A program made the position numbers and the translations under genes. A stretch of DNA of 64,000 bases from the NCBI GenBank assembly GCA_964057225.1, contig OZ059897.1:1488001-1552000 (forward strand), given 5' to 3'. This stretch comes from Auanema rhodensis (lineage: Eukaryota > Animalia > Nematoda). Below are positions 11,186-24,686 of the stretch, in pieces (position 1 is the stretch's first letter; every line of letters begins with the position of its first letter). The notes beneath the pieces were generated by a model, which saw nothing but the letters and a program-made list of their open reading frames with translations, was not told the DNA's origin and ran no database searches.

Positions 11186-12238
11186 TCACCCTGAAGAATT
11201 AATTTTTTCGTTGAATAACATTGTCCATCATCTTTGCCTTGAAAGAAGGAATCTAAAAACATCTACTTTTTGTAAAATTATCTTGAAATTTTTTGGGGAA
11301 ATTTTTGTCAAAATGTTTTTGGAAGCAATGTTGAGTGTACATGGAAACTCAACATACACTAATGCATCATTTTTCAAACAATCATAAATAATTTTTGTAT
11401 TGAGCGGTTCTCAATGTAGTATAGTGCATTCAAAACGGATTTTTAAGCTGCGTCGATCTGTGTTATCAGATTTGCGCTAGCTTAAAAATGCACCGAGATA
11501 TCAACTGATATAAGTTCACACTTATATCCTCGATTTTCACCCTGAAGAATTAATTTTTTCGTTGATTAACATTGTCCATCGTCTTTGCCTTGAAAGAAGG
11601 AATCTAAAAACATCTACTTTTTGTGAAATTATTTTGAAATTTTTTGGCAAAATTTTTGTCAAAATGTTTTTGGAAGCAATGTTGAGTGTACATGGAAACT
11701 CAACATACACTAATGCATAATTTTTTAAACAATCATAACTAATTTTTGTATTGAGCGTTTCTTAATGTATTATAGTGCATTCGATGCGGATTTTTAAGCT
11801 GCTTCGATCTGTGTTATCAGATTTGCGCTAGCTTAAAAATGCACCGAGATATCAACTGATATAAGTTCACACTTATATCCTCGATTTTCACCCTGAAGAA
11901 TTAATTTTTTCGTTGATTAACATTGTCCATCGTCTTTGCCTTGAAAAAAGGAATCTAAAAACATCTACTTTTTGTGAAATTATTTTGAAATTTTTCGGGA
12001 AAATTTTTGTCAAAATGTTTTTGGAAGCAATGTTGAGTGTACATGGAAACTCAACATACACTAATGCATAATTTTTTAAACAATCATAACTAATTTTTGT
12101 ATTGAGCGTTTTTTAATGTATTATAGTGCATTCGATACGGATTTTTAAGCTGCTTCGATCTGTGTTATCAGATTTGCGCTAGCAAAGAAATGCACCGAGA
12201 TATCAACTGATATAAGTTCACACTTATATCCTCGATTT

Positions 12239-15200
12239 TCACCCTGAAGAATTAATTTTTTCGTTGATTAACATTGTCCATCGTCTTTGCCTTGAAAAAA
12301 GGAATCTAAAAACATTTACTTTTTGTGAAATTATTTTGAAATTTTTTGGCAAAATTTTTGTCAAAATGTTTTTGAAAGCAATGTTGAGTGTACATGGAAA
12401 CTCAACATACACTAATGCAACATTTTTCAAACGATCATAACTAATTTTTGTATTGAGCGTTTCTGAATGTATTATAGTGCATTCGATGCGGATTTTTAAG
12501 CTGCTTCGATCTGTGTTATCAGATTTGCGCTAGCTTAAAAATGCACCGAGATATCAACTGATATAAGTTCACACTTATATCCTCGATTTTCACCCTGAAG
12601 AATTAATTTTTTCGTTGAATAACATTGTCCATCGTCTTCGCCTTGAAAAAAGGAATTTAAAAACATCTACTTTTCGTGAAATTATTTTGAAATTTTTCGG
12701 GAAAATTTTTGTCAAAATGTTTTTGGAAGCAATGTTGAGTGTACATGGAAACTCAACATACACTAATGCATCATTTTTCAAACGATCATAACTAATTTTT
12801 GTATTGAGCGTTTCTTAATGTATTATAGTGCATTCGATACGAATTTTTAAGCTGCTTCGATCTCTGTTATCAGATTTGCGCTAGCTTAAAAATGCACCGA
12901 GATATCAACTGATATAAGTTCACACTTATATCCTCGATTTTCACCCTGAAGAATTAATTTTTTCGTTGATTAACATTGTCCATCGTCTTTGCCTTGAAAA
13001 AAGGAATCTAAAAACATCTACTTTTTGTGAAATTATTTTGAAATTTTTCGGGAAAATTTTTGTCAAAATGTTTTTGGAAGCAATGTTGAGTGTACATGGA
13101 AACTCAACATACACTAATGCATAATTTTTTAAACAATCATAACTAATTTTTGTATTGAGCGTTTCTGAATGTATTATAGTGCATTCGATGCGGATTTTTA
13201 AGCTGCTTCGATCTGTGTTATCAGATTTGCGCTAGCTTAAAAATGCACCGAGATATCAACTGATATAAGTTCACACTTATATCCTCGATTTTCACCCTGA
13301 AGAATTAATTTTTTCGTTGATTAACATTGTCCATCGTCTTTGCCTTGAAAAAAGGAATCTAAAAACATCTACTTTTTGTGAAATTATTTTGAAATTTTTT
13401 GGCAAAATTTTTGTCAAAATGTTTTTGGAAGCAATGTTGAGTGTACATGGAAACTCAACATACACTAATGCATCATTTTTCAAACGATCATAACTAATTT
13501 TTGTATTGAGCGTTTTTTAATGTATTATAGTGCATTCGATACGGATTTTTAAGCTGCTTCGATCTGTGTTATCAGATTTGCGCTAGCAAAGAAATGCACC
13601 GAGATATCAACTGATATAAGTTCACACTTATATCCTCGATTTTCACCCTGAAGAATTAATTTTTTCGTTGATTAACATTGTCCATCGTCTTTGCCTTGAA
13701 AAAAGGAATCTAAAAACATTTACTTTTTGTGAAATTATTTTGAAATTTTTTGGCAAAATTTTTGTCAAAATGTTTTTGAAAGCAATGTTGAGTGTACATG
13801 GAAACTCAACATACACTAATGCAACATTTTTCAAACGATCATAACTAATTTTTGTATTGAGCGTTTCTGAATGTATTATAGTGCATTCGATGCGGATTTT
13901 TAAGCTGCTTCGATCTGTGTTATCAGATTTGCGCTAGCTTAAAAATGCACCGAGATATCAACTGATATAAGTTCACACTTATATCCTCGATTTTCACCCT
14001 GAAGAATTAATTTTTTCGTTGAATAACATTGTCCATCGTCTTCGCCTTGAAAAAAGGAATTTAAAAACATCTACTTTTCGTGAAATTATTCTGAAATTTT
14101 TCGGGAAAATTTTTGTCAAAATGTTTTTGGAAGCAATGTTGAGTGTACATGGAAACTCAACATACACTAATGCATCATTTTTCAAACGATCATAACTAAT
14201 TTTTGTATTGAGCGTTTCTTAATGTATTATAGTGCATTCGATGCGGATTTTTAAGCTGCGTCGATCTGTGTTATCAGATTTGAGTTAGCTTAAAAATGCA
14301 CCGAGATATCAACTGATATAAGTTCACACTTATATCCTCGATTTTCACCCTGAAGAATTAATTTTTTCGTTGAATAACATTGTCCATCGTCTTTGCCTTG
14401 AAAAAAAGAATCTAAAAACATCTACTTTTTGTGAAATTATTTTGAAATTTTTCAGGAAAATTTTTGTCAAAATGTTTTTGGAATCAATGTTGAGTGTACA
14501 TGGAAACTCAACATACACTAATGCATAATTTTTTAAACGATCATAACTAATTTTTGTATTGAGCGTTTCTGAATGTATTATAGTGCATTCGATGCGGATT
14601 TTTAAGCTGCTTCGATCTGTGTTATCAGATTTGCGCTAGCTTAAAAATGCACCGAGATATCAACTGATATAAGTTCACACTTATATCCTCGATTTTCACC
14701 CTGAAGAATTAATTTTTTCGTTGATTAACATTGTCCATCGTCTTTGCCTTGAAAAAAGGAATCTAAAAACATCTACTTTTTGTGAAATTATTTTGAAATT
14801 TTTTGGCAAAATTTTTGTCAAAATGTTTTTGGAAGCAATGTTGAGTGTACATGGAAACTCAACATACACTAATGCATCATTTTTCAAACGATCATAACTA
14901 ATTTTTGTATTGAGCGTTTTTTAATGTATTATAGTGCATTCGATACGGATTTTTAAGCTGCTTCGATCTGTGTTATCAGATTTGCGCTAGCAAAGAAATG
15001 CACCGAGATATCAACTGATATAAGTTCACACTTATATCCTCGATTTTCACCCTGAAGAATTAATTTTTTCGTTGATTAACATTGTCCATCGTCTTTGCCT
15101 TGAAAAAAGGAATCTAAAAACATTTACTTTTTGTGAAATTATTTTGAAATTTTTTGGCAAAATTTTTGTCAAAATGTTTTTGAAAGCAATGTTGAGTGTA

Positions 15201-15748
15201 CATGGAAACTCAACATACACTAATGCAACATTTTTCAAACGATCATAACTAATTTTTGTATTGAGCGTTTCTGAATGTATTATAGTGCATTCGATGCGGA
15301 TTTTTAAGCTGCTTCGATCTGTGTTATCAGATTTGCGCTAGCTTAAAAATGCACCGAGATATCAACTGATATAAGTTCACACTTATATCCTCGATTTTCA
15401 CCCTGAAGAATTAATTTTTTCGTTGAATAACATTGTCCATCGTCTTCGCCTTGAAAAAAGGAATTTAAAAACATCTACTTTTCGTGAAATTATTTTGAAA
15501 TTTTTCGGGAAAATTTTTGTCAAAATGTTTTTGGAAGCAATGTTGAGTGTACATGGAAACTCAACATACACTAATGCATCATTTTTCAAACGATCATAAC
15601 TAATTTTTGTATTGAGCGTTTCTTAATGTATTATAGTGCATTCGATACGAATTTTTAAGCTGCTTCGATCTGTGTTATCAGATTTGCGCTAGCAAAGAAA
15701 TGCACCGAGATATCAAATGATATAAGTTCACACTTATATCCTCGATTT
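12239..15748. repeat. Tetrameric periodicity (1404 bp)
   Basis: CATTTAC monomers at 12239, 13643 and 15047 are each followed by a CTTCGCC/GAATTTAA monomer at 12590, 13994 and 15398. Confidence 0.8.
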
Positions 15749-18700
15749 TCACCCTGAAGAATTAATTTTTTCGTTGATTAACATTGTCCATCGTCTTTGC
15801 CTTGAAAAAAGGAATCTAAAAACATCTACTTTTGTGAAATTATTTTGAAATTTTTCGGCAAAATTTTTGTCAAAATGTTTTTGAAAGCAATGTTGAGTGT
15901 ACATGGAAACTCAACATACACTAATGCAACATTTTTCAAACGATCATAACTAATTCTTGTATTGAGCGTTTCTTAATGTATTATAGTGCATTCGATGCGG
16001 ATTTTTAAGCTGCTTCGATCTGTGTTATCAGATTTGCGCTAGCTTAAAAATGCACCAAGATATCAACTGATATAAGTTCACACTTATATCCTCGATTTTC
16101 ACCCTGAAGAATTAATTTTTTCGTTGATTAACATTGTCCATCGTCTTTGCCTTGAAAAAAGGAATCTAAAAACATCTACTTTTTGTGAAATTATTTTGAA
16201 ATTTTTTGGCAAAATTTTTGTCAAAATGTTTTTGGAAGCAATGTTGAGTGTACATGGAAACTCAACATACACTAATGCATCATTTTTCAAACGATCATAA
16301 CTAATTTTTGTATTGAGCGTTTTTTAATGTATTATAGTGCATTCGATACGGATTTTTAAGCTGCTTCGATCTGTGTTATCAGATTTGCGCTAGCAAAGAA
16401 GTGCACCGAGATATCAACTGATATAAGTTCACACTTATATCCTCGATTTTCACCCTGAAGAATTAATTTTTTTGTTGATTAACATTGTCCATCGTCTTTG
16501 CCTTGAAAAAAGGAATCTAAAAACATCTACTTTTTGTAAAATTATTTCGAAATTTTTCGGGAAAATTTTTGTCAAAATGTTTTTGGAAGCAATGTTGAGT
16601 GTACATGGAAACTCAACATACACTAATGCATAATTTTTTAAACAATCATAACTAATTTTTGTATTGAGCGTTTCTTAATGTATTATAGTGCATTCGATGC
16701 GGATTTTTAAGCTGCGTCGATCTGTGTTATCAGATTTGAGTTAGCTTAAAAATGCACCGAGATATCAACTGATATAAGTTCACACTTATATCCTCGATTT
16801 TCACCCTGAAGAATTAATTTTTTCGTTGAATAACATTGTCCATCGTCTTTGCCTTGAAAAAAGGAATCTAAAAACATCTACTTTTGTGAAATTATTTTGA
16901 AATTTTTCGGCAAAATTTTTGTCAAAATGTTTTTGAAAGCAATGTTGAGTGTACATGGAAACTCAACATACACTAATGCATAATTTTTTAAACAATCATA
17001 ACTAATTTTTGTATTGAGCGTTTCTTAATGTATTATAGTGCATTCGATGCGGATTTTTAAGCTGCGTCGATCTGTGTTATCAGATTTGAGTTAGCTTAAA
17101 AATGCACCGAGATATCAACTGATATAAGTTCACACTTATATCCTCGATTTTCACCCTGAAGAATTAATTTTTTCGTTGAATAACATTGTCCATCGTCTTT
17201 GCCTTGAAAAAAAGAATCTAAAAACATCTACTTTTTGTGAAATTATTTTGAAATTTTTCAGGAAAATTTTTGTCAAAATGTTTTTGGAATCAATGTTGAG
17301 TGTACATGGAAACTCAACATACACTAATGCATAATTTTTTAAACGATCATAACTAATTTTTGTATTGAGCGTTTCTGAATGTATTATAGTGCATTCGATG
17401 CGGATTTTTAAGCTGCTTCGATCTGTGTTATCAGATTTGCGCTAGCTTAAAAATGCACCGAGATATCAACTGATATAAGTTCACACTTATATCCTCGATT
17501 TTCACCCTGAAGAATTAATTTTTTCGTTGATTAACATTGTCCATCGTCTTTGCCTTGAAAAAAGGAATCTAAAAACATCTACTTTTTGTGAAATTATTTT
17601 GAAATTTTTTGGCAAAATTTTTGTCAAAATGTTTTTGGAAGCAATGTTGAGTGTACATGGAAACTCAACATACACTAATGCATCATTTTTCAAACGATCA
17701 TAACTAATTTTTGTATTGAGCGTTTTTTAATGTATTATAGTGCATTCGATACGGATTTTTAAGCTGCTTCGATCTGTGTTATCAGATTTGCGCTAGCAAA
17801 GAAATGCACCGAGATATCAACTGATATAAGTTCACACTTATATCCTCGATTTTCACCCTGAAGAATTAATTTTTTCGTTGATTAACATTGTCCATCGTCT
17901 TTGCCTTGAAAAAAGGAATCTAAAAACATTTACTTTTTGTGAAATTATTTTGAAATTTTTTGGCAAAATTTTTGTCAAAATGTTTTTGAAAGCAATGTTG
18001 AGTGTACATGGAAACTCAACATACACTAATGCAACATTTTTCAAACGATCATAACTAATTTTTGTATTGAGCGTTTCTGAATGTATTATAGTGCATTCGA
18101 TGCGGATTTTTAAGCTGCTTCGATCTGTGTTATCAGATTTGCGCTAGCAAAGAAATGCACCGAGATATCAACTGATATAAGTTCACACTTATATCCTCGA
18201 TTTTCACCCTGAAGAATTAATTTTTTCGTTGATTAACATTGTCCATCGTCTTTGCCTTGAAAAAAGAAATCTAAAAACATCTACTTTTGTGAAATTATTT
18301 TGAAATTTTTCGGCAAAATTTTTGTCAAAATGTTTTTGAAAGCAATGTTGAGTGTACATGGAAACTCAACATACACTAATGCAACATTTTTCAAACGATC
18401 ATAACTAATTCTTGTATTGAGCGTTTCTTAATGTATTATAGTGCATTCGATGCGGATTTTTAAGCTGCTTCGATCTGTGTTATCAGATTTGCGCTAGCTT
18501 AAAAATGCACCAAGATATCAACTGATATAAGTTCACACTTATATCCTCGATTTTCACCCTGAAGAATTAATTTTTTCGTTGATTAACATTGTCCATCGTC
18601 TTTGCCTTGAAAAAAGGAATCTAAAAACATCTACTTTTTGTGAAATTATTTTGAAATTTTTTGGCAAAATTTTTGTCAAAATGTTTTTGGAAGCAATGTT

Positions 18701-20658
18701 GAGTGTACATGGAAACTCAACATACACTAATGCATCATTTTTCAAACGATCATAACTAATTTTTGTATTGAGCGTTTTTTAATGTATTATAGTGCATTCG
18801 ATACGGATTTTTAAGCTGCTTCGATCTGTGTTATCAGATTTGCGCTAGCAAAGAAGTGCACCGAGATATCAACTGATATAAGTTCACACTTATATCCTCG
18901 ATTTTCACCCTGAAGAATTAATTTTTTTGTTGATTAACATTGTCCATCGTCTTTGCCTTGAAAAAAGGAATCTAAAAACATCTACTTTTTGTAAAATTAT
19001 TTCGAAATTTTTCGGGAAAATTTTTGTCAAAATGTTTTTGGAAGCAATGTTGAGTGTACATGGAAACTCAACATACACTAATGCATAATTTTTTAAACAA
19101 TCATAACTAATTTTTGTATTGAGCGTTTCTTAATGTATTATAGTGCATTCGATGCGGATTTTTAAGCTGCGTCGATCTGTGTTATCAGATTTGAGTTAGC
19201 TTAAAAATGCACCGAGATATCAACTGATATAAGTTCACACTTATATCCTCGATTTTCACCCTGAAGAATTAATTTTTTCGTTGAATAACATTGTCCATCG
19301 TCTTTGCCTTGAAAAAAGGAATCTAAAAACATCTACTTTTGTGAAATTATTTTGAAATTTTTCGGCAAAATTTTTGTCAAAATGTTTTTGAAAGCAATGT
19401 TGAGTGTACATGGAAACTCAACATACACTAATGCATAATTTTTTAAACAATCATAACTAATTTTTGTATTGAGCGTTTCTTAATGTATTATAGTGCATTC
19501 GATGCGGATTTTTAAGCTGCGTCGATCTGTGTTATCAGATTTGAGTTAGCTTAAAAATGCACCGAGATATCAACTGATATAAGTTCACACTTATATCCTC
19601 GATTTTCACCCTGAAGAATTAATTTTTTCGTTGAATAACATTGTCCATCGTCTTTGCCTTGAAAAAAAGAATCTAAAAACATCTACTTTTTGTGAAATTA
19701 TTTTGAAATTTTTCAGGAAAATTTTTGTCAAAATGTTTTTGGAATCAATGTTGAGTGTACATGGAAACTCAACATACACTAATGCATAATTTTTTAAACG
19801 ATCATAACTAATTTTTGTATTGAGCGTTTCTGAATGTATTATAGTGCATTCGATGCGGATTTTTAAGCTGCTTCGATCTGTGTTATCAGATTTGCGCTAG
19901 CTTAAAAATGCACCGAGATATCAACTGATATAAGTTCACACTTATATCCTCGATTTTCACCCTGAAGAATTAATTTTTTCGTTGATTAACATTGTCCATC
20001 GTCTTTGCCTTGAAAAAAGGAATCTAAAAACATCTACTTTTTGTGAAATTATTTTGAAATTTTTTGGCAAAATTTTTGTCAAAATGTTTTTGGAAGCAAT
20101 GTTGAGTGTACATGGAAACTCAACATACACTAATGCATCATTTTTCAAACGATCATAACTAATTTTTGTATTGAGCGTTTTTTAATGTATTATAGTGCAT
20201 TCGATACGGATTTTTAAGCTGCTTCGATCTGTGTTATCAGATTTGCGCTAGCAAAGAAATGCACCGAGATATCAACTGATATAAGTTCACACTTATATCC
20301 TCGATTTTCACCCTGAAGAATTAATTTTTTCGTTGATTAACATTGTCCATCGTCTTTGCCTTGAAAAAAGGAATCTAAAAACATTTACTTTTTGTGAAAT
20401 TATTTTGAAATTTTTTGGCAAAATTTTTGTCAAAATGTTTTTGAAAGCAATGTTGAGTGTACATGGAAACTCAACATACACTAATGCAACATTTTTCAAA
20501 CGATCATAACTAATTTTTGTATTGAGCGTTTCTGAATGTATTATAGTGCATTCGATGCGGATTTTTAAGCTGCTTCGATCTGTGTTATCAGATTTGCGCT
20601 AGCTTAAAAATGCACCGAGATATCAACTGATATAAGTTCACACTTATATCCTCGATTT
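15749..20658. repeat. Tandem duplication of a 7-monomer block (2455 bp)
   Basis: Rare variants recur at +2455: TAATTCTTGT (15749/18204), GAAGTGCACC (16099/18554), TGTAAAATTATTTCG (16450/18905). Monomers 16801/19256, 17151/19606 and 17502/19957 also match. Confidence 0.88.
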
Positions 20659-23600
20659 TCACCCTGAAGAATTAATTTTTTCGTTGAATAACATTGTCCA
20701 TCGTCTTTGCCTTGAAAAAAGGAATTTAAAAACATCTACTTTTCGTGAAATTATTTTGAAATTTTTCGGGAAAATTTTTGTCAAAATGTTTTTGGAAGCA
20801 ATGTTGAGTGTACATGGAAACTCAACATACACTAATGCATCATTTTTCAAACGATCATAACTAATTTTTGTATTGAGCGTTTCTTAATGTATTATAGTGC
20901 ATTCGATACGAATTTTTAAGCTGCTTCGATCTGTGTTATCAGATTTGCGCTAGCAAAGAAATGCACCGAGATATCAAATGATATAAGTTCACACTTATAT
21001 CCTCGATTTTCACCCTGAAGAATTAATTTTTTCGTTGATTAACATTGTCCATCGTCTTTGCCTTGAAAAAAGGAATCTAAAAACATCTACTTTTGTGAAA
21101 TTATTTTGAAATTTTTCGGCAAAATTTTTGTCAAAATGTTTTTGAAAGCAATGTTGAGTGTACATGGAAACTCAACATACACTAATGCAACATTTTTCAA
21201 ACGATCATAACTAATTCTTGTATTGAGCGTTTCTTAATGTATTATAGTGCATTCGATGCGGATTTTTAAGCTGCTTCGATCTGTGTTATCAGATTTGCGC
21301 TAGCTTAAAAATGCACCAAGATATCAACTGATATAAGTTCACACTTATATCCTCGATTTTCACCCTGAAGAATTAATTTTTTCGTTGATTAACATTGTCC
21401 ATCGTCTTTGCCTTGAAAAAAGGAATCTAAAAACATCTACTTTTTGTGAAATTTTTTTGAAATTTTTTGGCAAAATTTTTGTCAAAATGTTTTTGGAAGC
21501 AATGTTGAGTGTACATGGAAACTCAACATACACTAATGCATCATTTTTCAAACGATCATAACTAATTTTTGTATTGAGCGTTTTTTAATGTATTATAGTG
21601 CATTCGATACGGATTTTTAAGCTGCTTCGATCTGTGTTATCAGATTTGCGCTAGCAAAGAAATGCACCGAGATATCAACTGATATAAGTTCACACTTATA
21701 TCCTCGATTTTCACCCTGAAGAATTAATTTTTTCGTTGATTAACATTGTCCATCGTCTTTGCCTTGAAAAAAGGAATCTAAAAACATTTACTTTTTGTGA
21801 AATTATTTTGAAATTTTTTGGCAAAATTTTTGTCAAAATGTTTTTGAAAGCAATGTTGAGTGTACATGGAAACTCAACATACACTAATGCAACATTTTTC
21901 AAACGATCATAACTAATTTTTGTATTGAGCGTTTCTGAATGTATTATAGTGCATTCGATGCGGATTTTTAAGCTGCTTCGATCTGTGTTATCAGATTTGC
22001 GCTAGCTTAAAAATGCACCGAGATATCAACTGATATAAGTTCACACTTATATCCTCGATTTTCACCCTGAAGAATTAATTTTTTCGTTGAATAACATTGT
22101 CCATCGTCTTCGCCTTGAAAAAAGGAATTTAAAAACATCTACTTTTCGTGAAATTATTTTGAAATTTTTCGGGAAAATTTTTGTCAAAATGTTTTTGGAA
22201 GCAATGTTGAGTGTACATGGAAACTCAACATACACTAATGCATCATTTTTCAAACGATCATAACTAATTTTTGTATTGAGCGTTTCTTAATGTATTATAG
22301 TGCATTCGATACGAATTTTTAAGCTGCTTCGATCTGTGTTATCAGATTTGCGCTAGCAAAGAAATGCACCGAGATATCAAATGATATAAGTTCACACTTA
22401 TATCCTCGATTTTCACCCTGAAGAATTAATTTTTTCGTTGATTAACATTGTCCATCGTCTTTGCCTTGAAAAAAGGAATCTAAAAACATCTACTTTTGTG
22501 AAATTATTTTGAAATTTTTCGGCAAAATTTTTGTCAAAATGTTTTTGAAAGCAATGTTGAGTGTACATGGAAACTCAACATACACTAATGCAACATTTTT
22601 CAAACGATCATAACTAATTCTTGTATTGAGCGTTTCTTAATGTATTATAGTGCATTCGATGCGGATTTTTAAGCTGCTTCGATCTGTGTTATCAGATTTG
22701 CGCTAGCTTAAAAATGCACCAAGATATCAACTGATATAAGTTCACACTTATATCCTCGATTTTCACCCTGAAGAATTAATTTTTTCGTTGATTAACATTG
22801 TCCATCGTCTTTGCCTTGAAAAAAGGAATCTAAAAACATCTACTTTTTGTGAAATTTTTTTGAAATTTTTTGGCAAAATTTTTGTCAAAATGTTTTTGGA
22901 AGCAATGTTGAGTGTACATGGAAACTCAACATACACTAATGCATCATTTTTCAAACGATCATAACTAATTTTTGTATTGAGCGTTTTTTAATGTATTATA
23001 GTGCATTCCATACGGATTTTTAAGCTGCTTCGATCTGTGTTATCAGATTTGCGCTAGCTTAAAAATGCACCGAGATATCAACTGATATAAGTTCACACTT
23101 ATATCCTCGATTTTCACCCTGAAGAATTAATTTTTTCGTTGAATAACATTGTCCATCGTCTTCGCCTTGAAAAAAGGAATTTAAAAACATCTACTTTTCG
23201 TGAAATTATTTTGAAATTTTTCGGGAAAATTTTTGTCAAAATGTTTTTGGAAGCAATGTTGAGTGTACATGGAAACTCAACATACACTAATGCATCATTT
23301 TTCAAACGATCATAACTAATTTTTGTATTGAGCGTTTCTTAATGTATTATAGTGCATTCGATACGAATTTTTAAGCTGCTTCGATCTGTGTTATCAGATT
23401 TGCGCTAGCAAAGAAATGCACCGAGATATCAAATGATATAAGTTCACACTTATATCCTCGATTTTCACCCTGAAGAATTAATTTTTTCGTTGATTAACAT
23501 TGTTCATCGTCTTTGCCTTGAAAAAAGGAATCTAAAAACATCTACTTTTGTGGAATTATTTTGAAATTTTTCGGCAAAATTTTTGTCAAAATGTTTTTGA

Positions 23601-24165
23601 AAGCAATGTTGAGTGTACATGGAAACTCAACATACACTAATGCAACATTTTTCAAACGATCATAACTAATTCTTGTATTGAGCGTTTCTTAATGTATTAT
23701 AGTGCATTCGATGCGGATTTTTAAGCTGCTTCGATCTGTGTTATCAGATTTGCGCTAGCTTAAAAATGCACCAAGATATCAACTGATATAAGTTCACACT
23801 TATATCCTCGATTTTCACCCTGAAGAATTATTTTTTTCGTTGATTAACATTGTCCATCGTCTTTGCCTTGAAAAAAGGAATCTAAAAACATCTACTCTTT
23901 GTTAAATTATCTTGAAATTTTTTGGCAAAATTTTTGTCAAAATGTTTTTGGAAGCAATGTTGAGTGTACATGGAAACTCAACATACACTAATGCATCATT
24001 TTTCAAACGATCATAACTAATTTTTGTATTGAGCGTTTTTTAATGTATTATAGTGCATTCCATACGGATTTTTAAGCTGCTTCGATCTGTGTTATCAGAT
24101 TTGCGCTAGCAAAGAAATGCACCGAGATATCAACTGATATAAGTTCACACTTATATCCTCGATTT
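19957..24165. repeat. Tetramer HOR (1403 bp) collapsing to a trimer (1052 bp)
   Basis: Units start at 19957, 21360 and 22763, then 23815. TCAAATGAT and AATTCTTG variants mark the register. The 22763 unit lacks the CATTTAC monomer. Confidence 0.82.
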
Positions 24166-24578
24166 TCACCCTGAAGAATTAATTTTTTCGTTGATTAACA
24201 TTGTCCATCGTCTTTGCCTTGAAAAAAGGAATCTAAAAACATTTACTTTTTGTGAAATTATTTTGAAATTTTTTGGCAAAATTTTTGTCAAAATGTTTTT
24301 GAAAGCAATGTTGAGTGTACATGGAAACTCAACATACACTAATGCAACATTTTCCAAACGATCATAACTAATTTTTGTATTGAGCGTTTCTGAATGTATT
24401 ATAGTGCATTCGATGCGGATTTTTAAGCTGCTTCGATCTGTGTTATCAGATTTGCGCTAGCTTAAAAATGCACCGAGATATCAACTGATATAAGTTCACA
24501 CTTATATCCTCGATTTTCACCCTGAAGAATTATGTTTTTCGTTGATTAACATTGTCCATCGTCTTTGCCTTGAAAAAA

Positions 24579-24686
24579 GGAATCTAAAAACATCTACTTT
24601 TTGTGAAATTATTTTGAAATTTTTTGGCAAAAGGAATCTAAAAACATCTACTTTTTGTGAAATTATTTTGAAATTTTTTGGCAAAA
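24579..24686. repeat. 54-bp internal tandem duplication in one monomer (405 bp)
   Basis: GGAATCTAAAAACATCTACTTTTTGTGAAATTATTTTGAAATTTTTTGGCAAAA occurs at 24579-24632 and again at 24633-24686. Confidence 0.95.
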
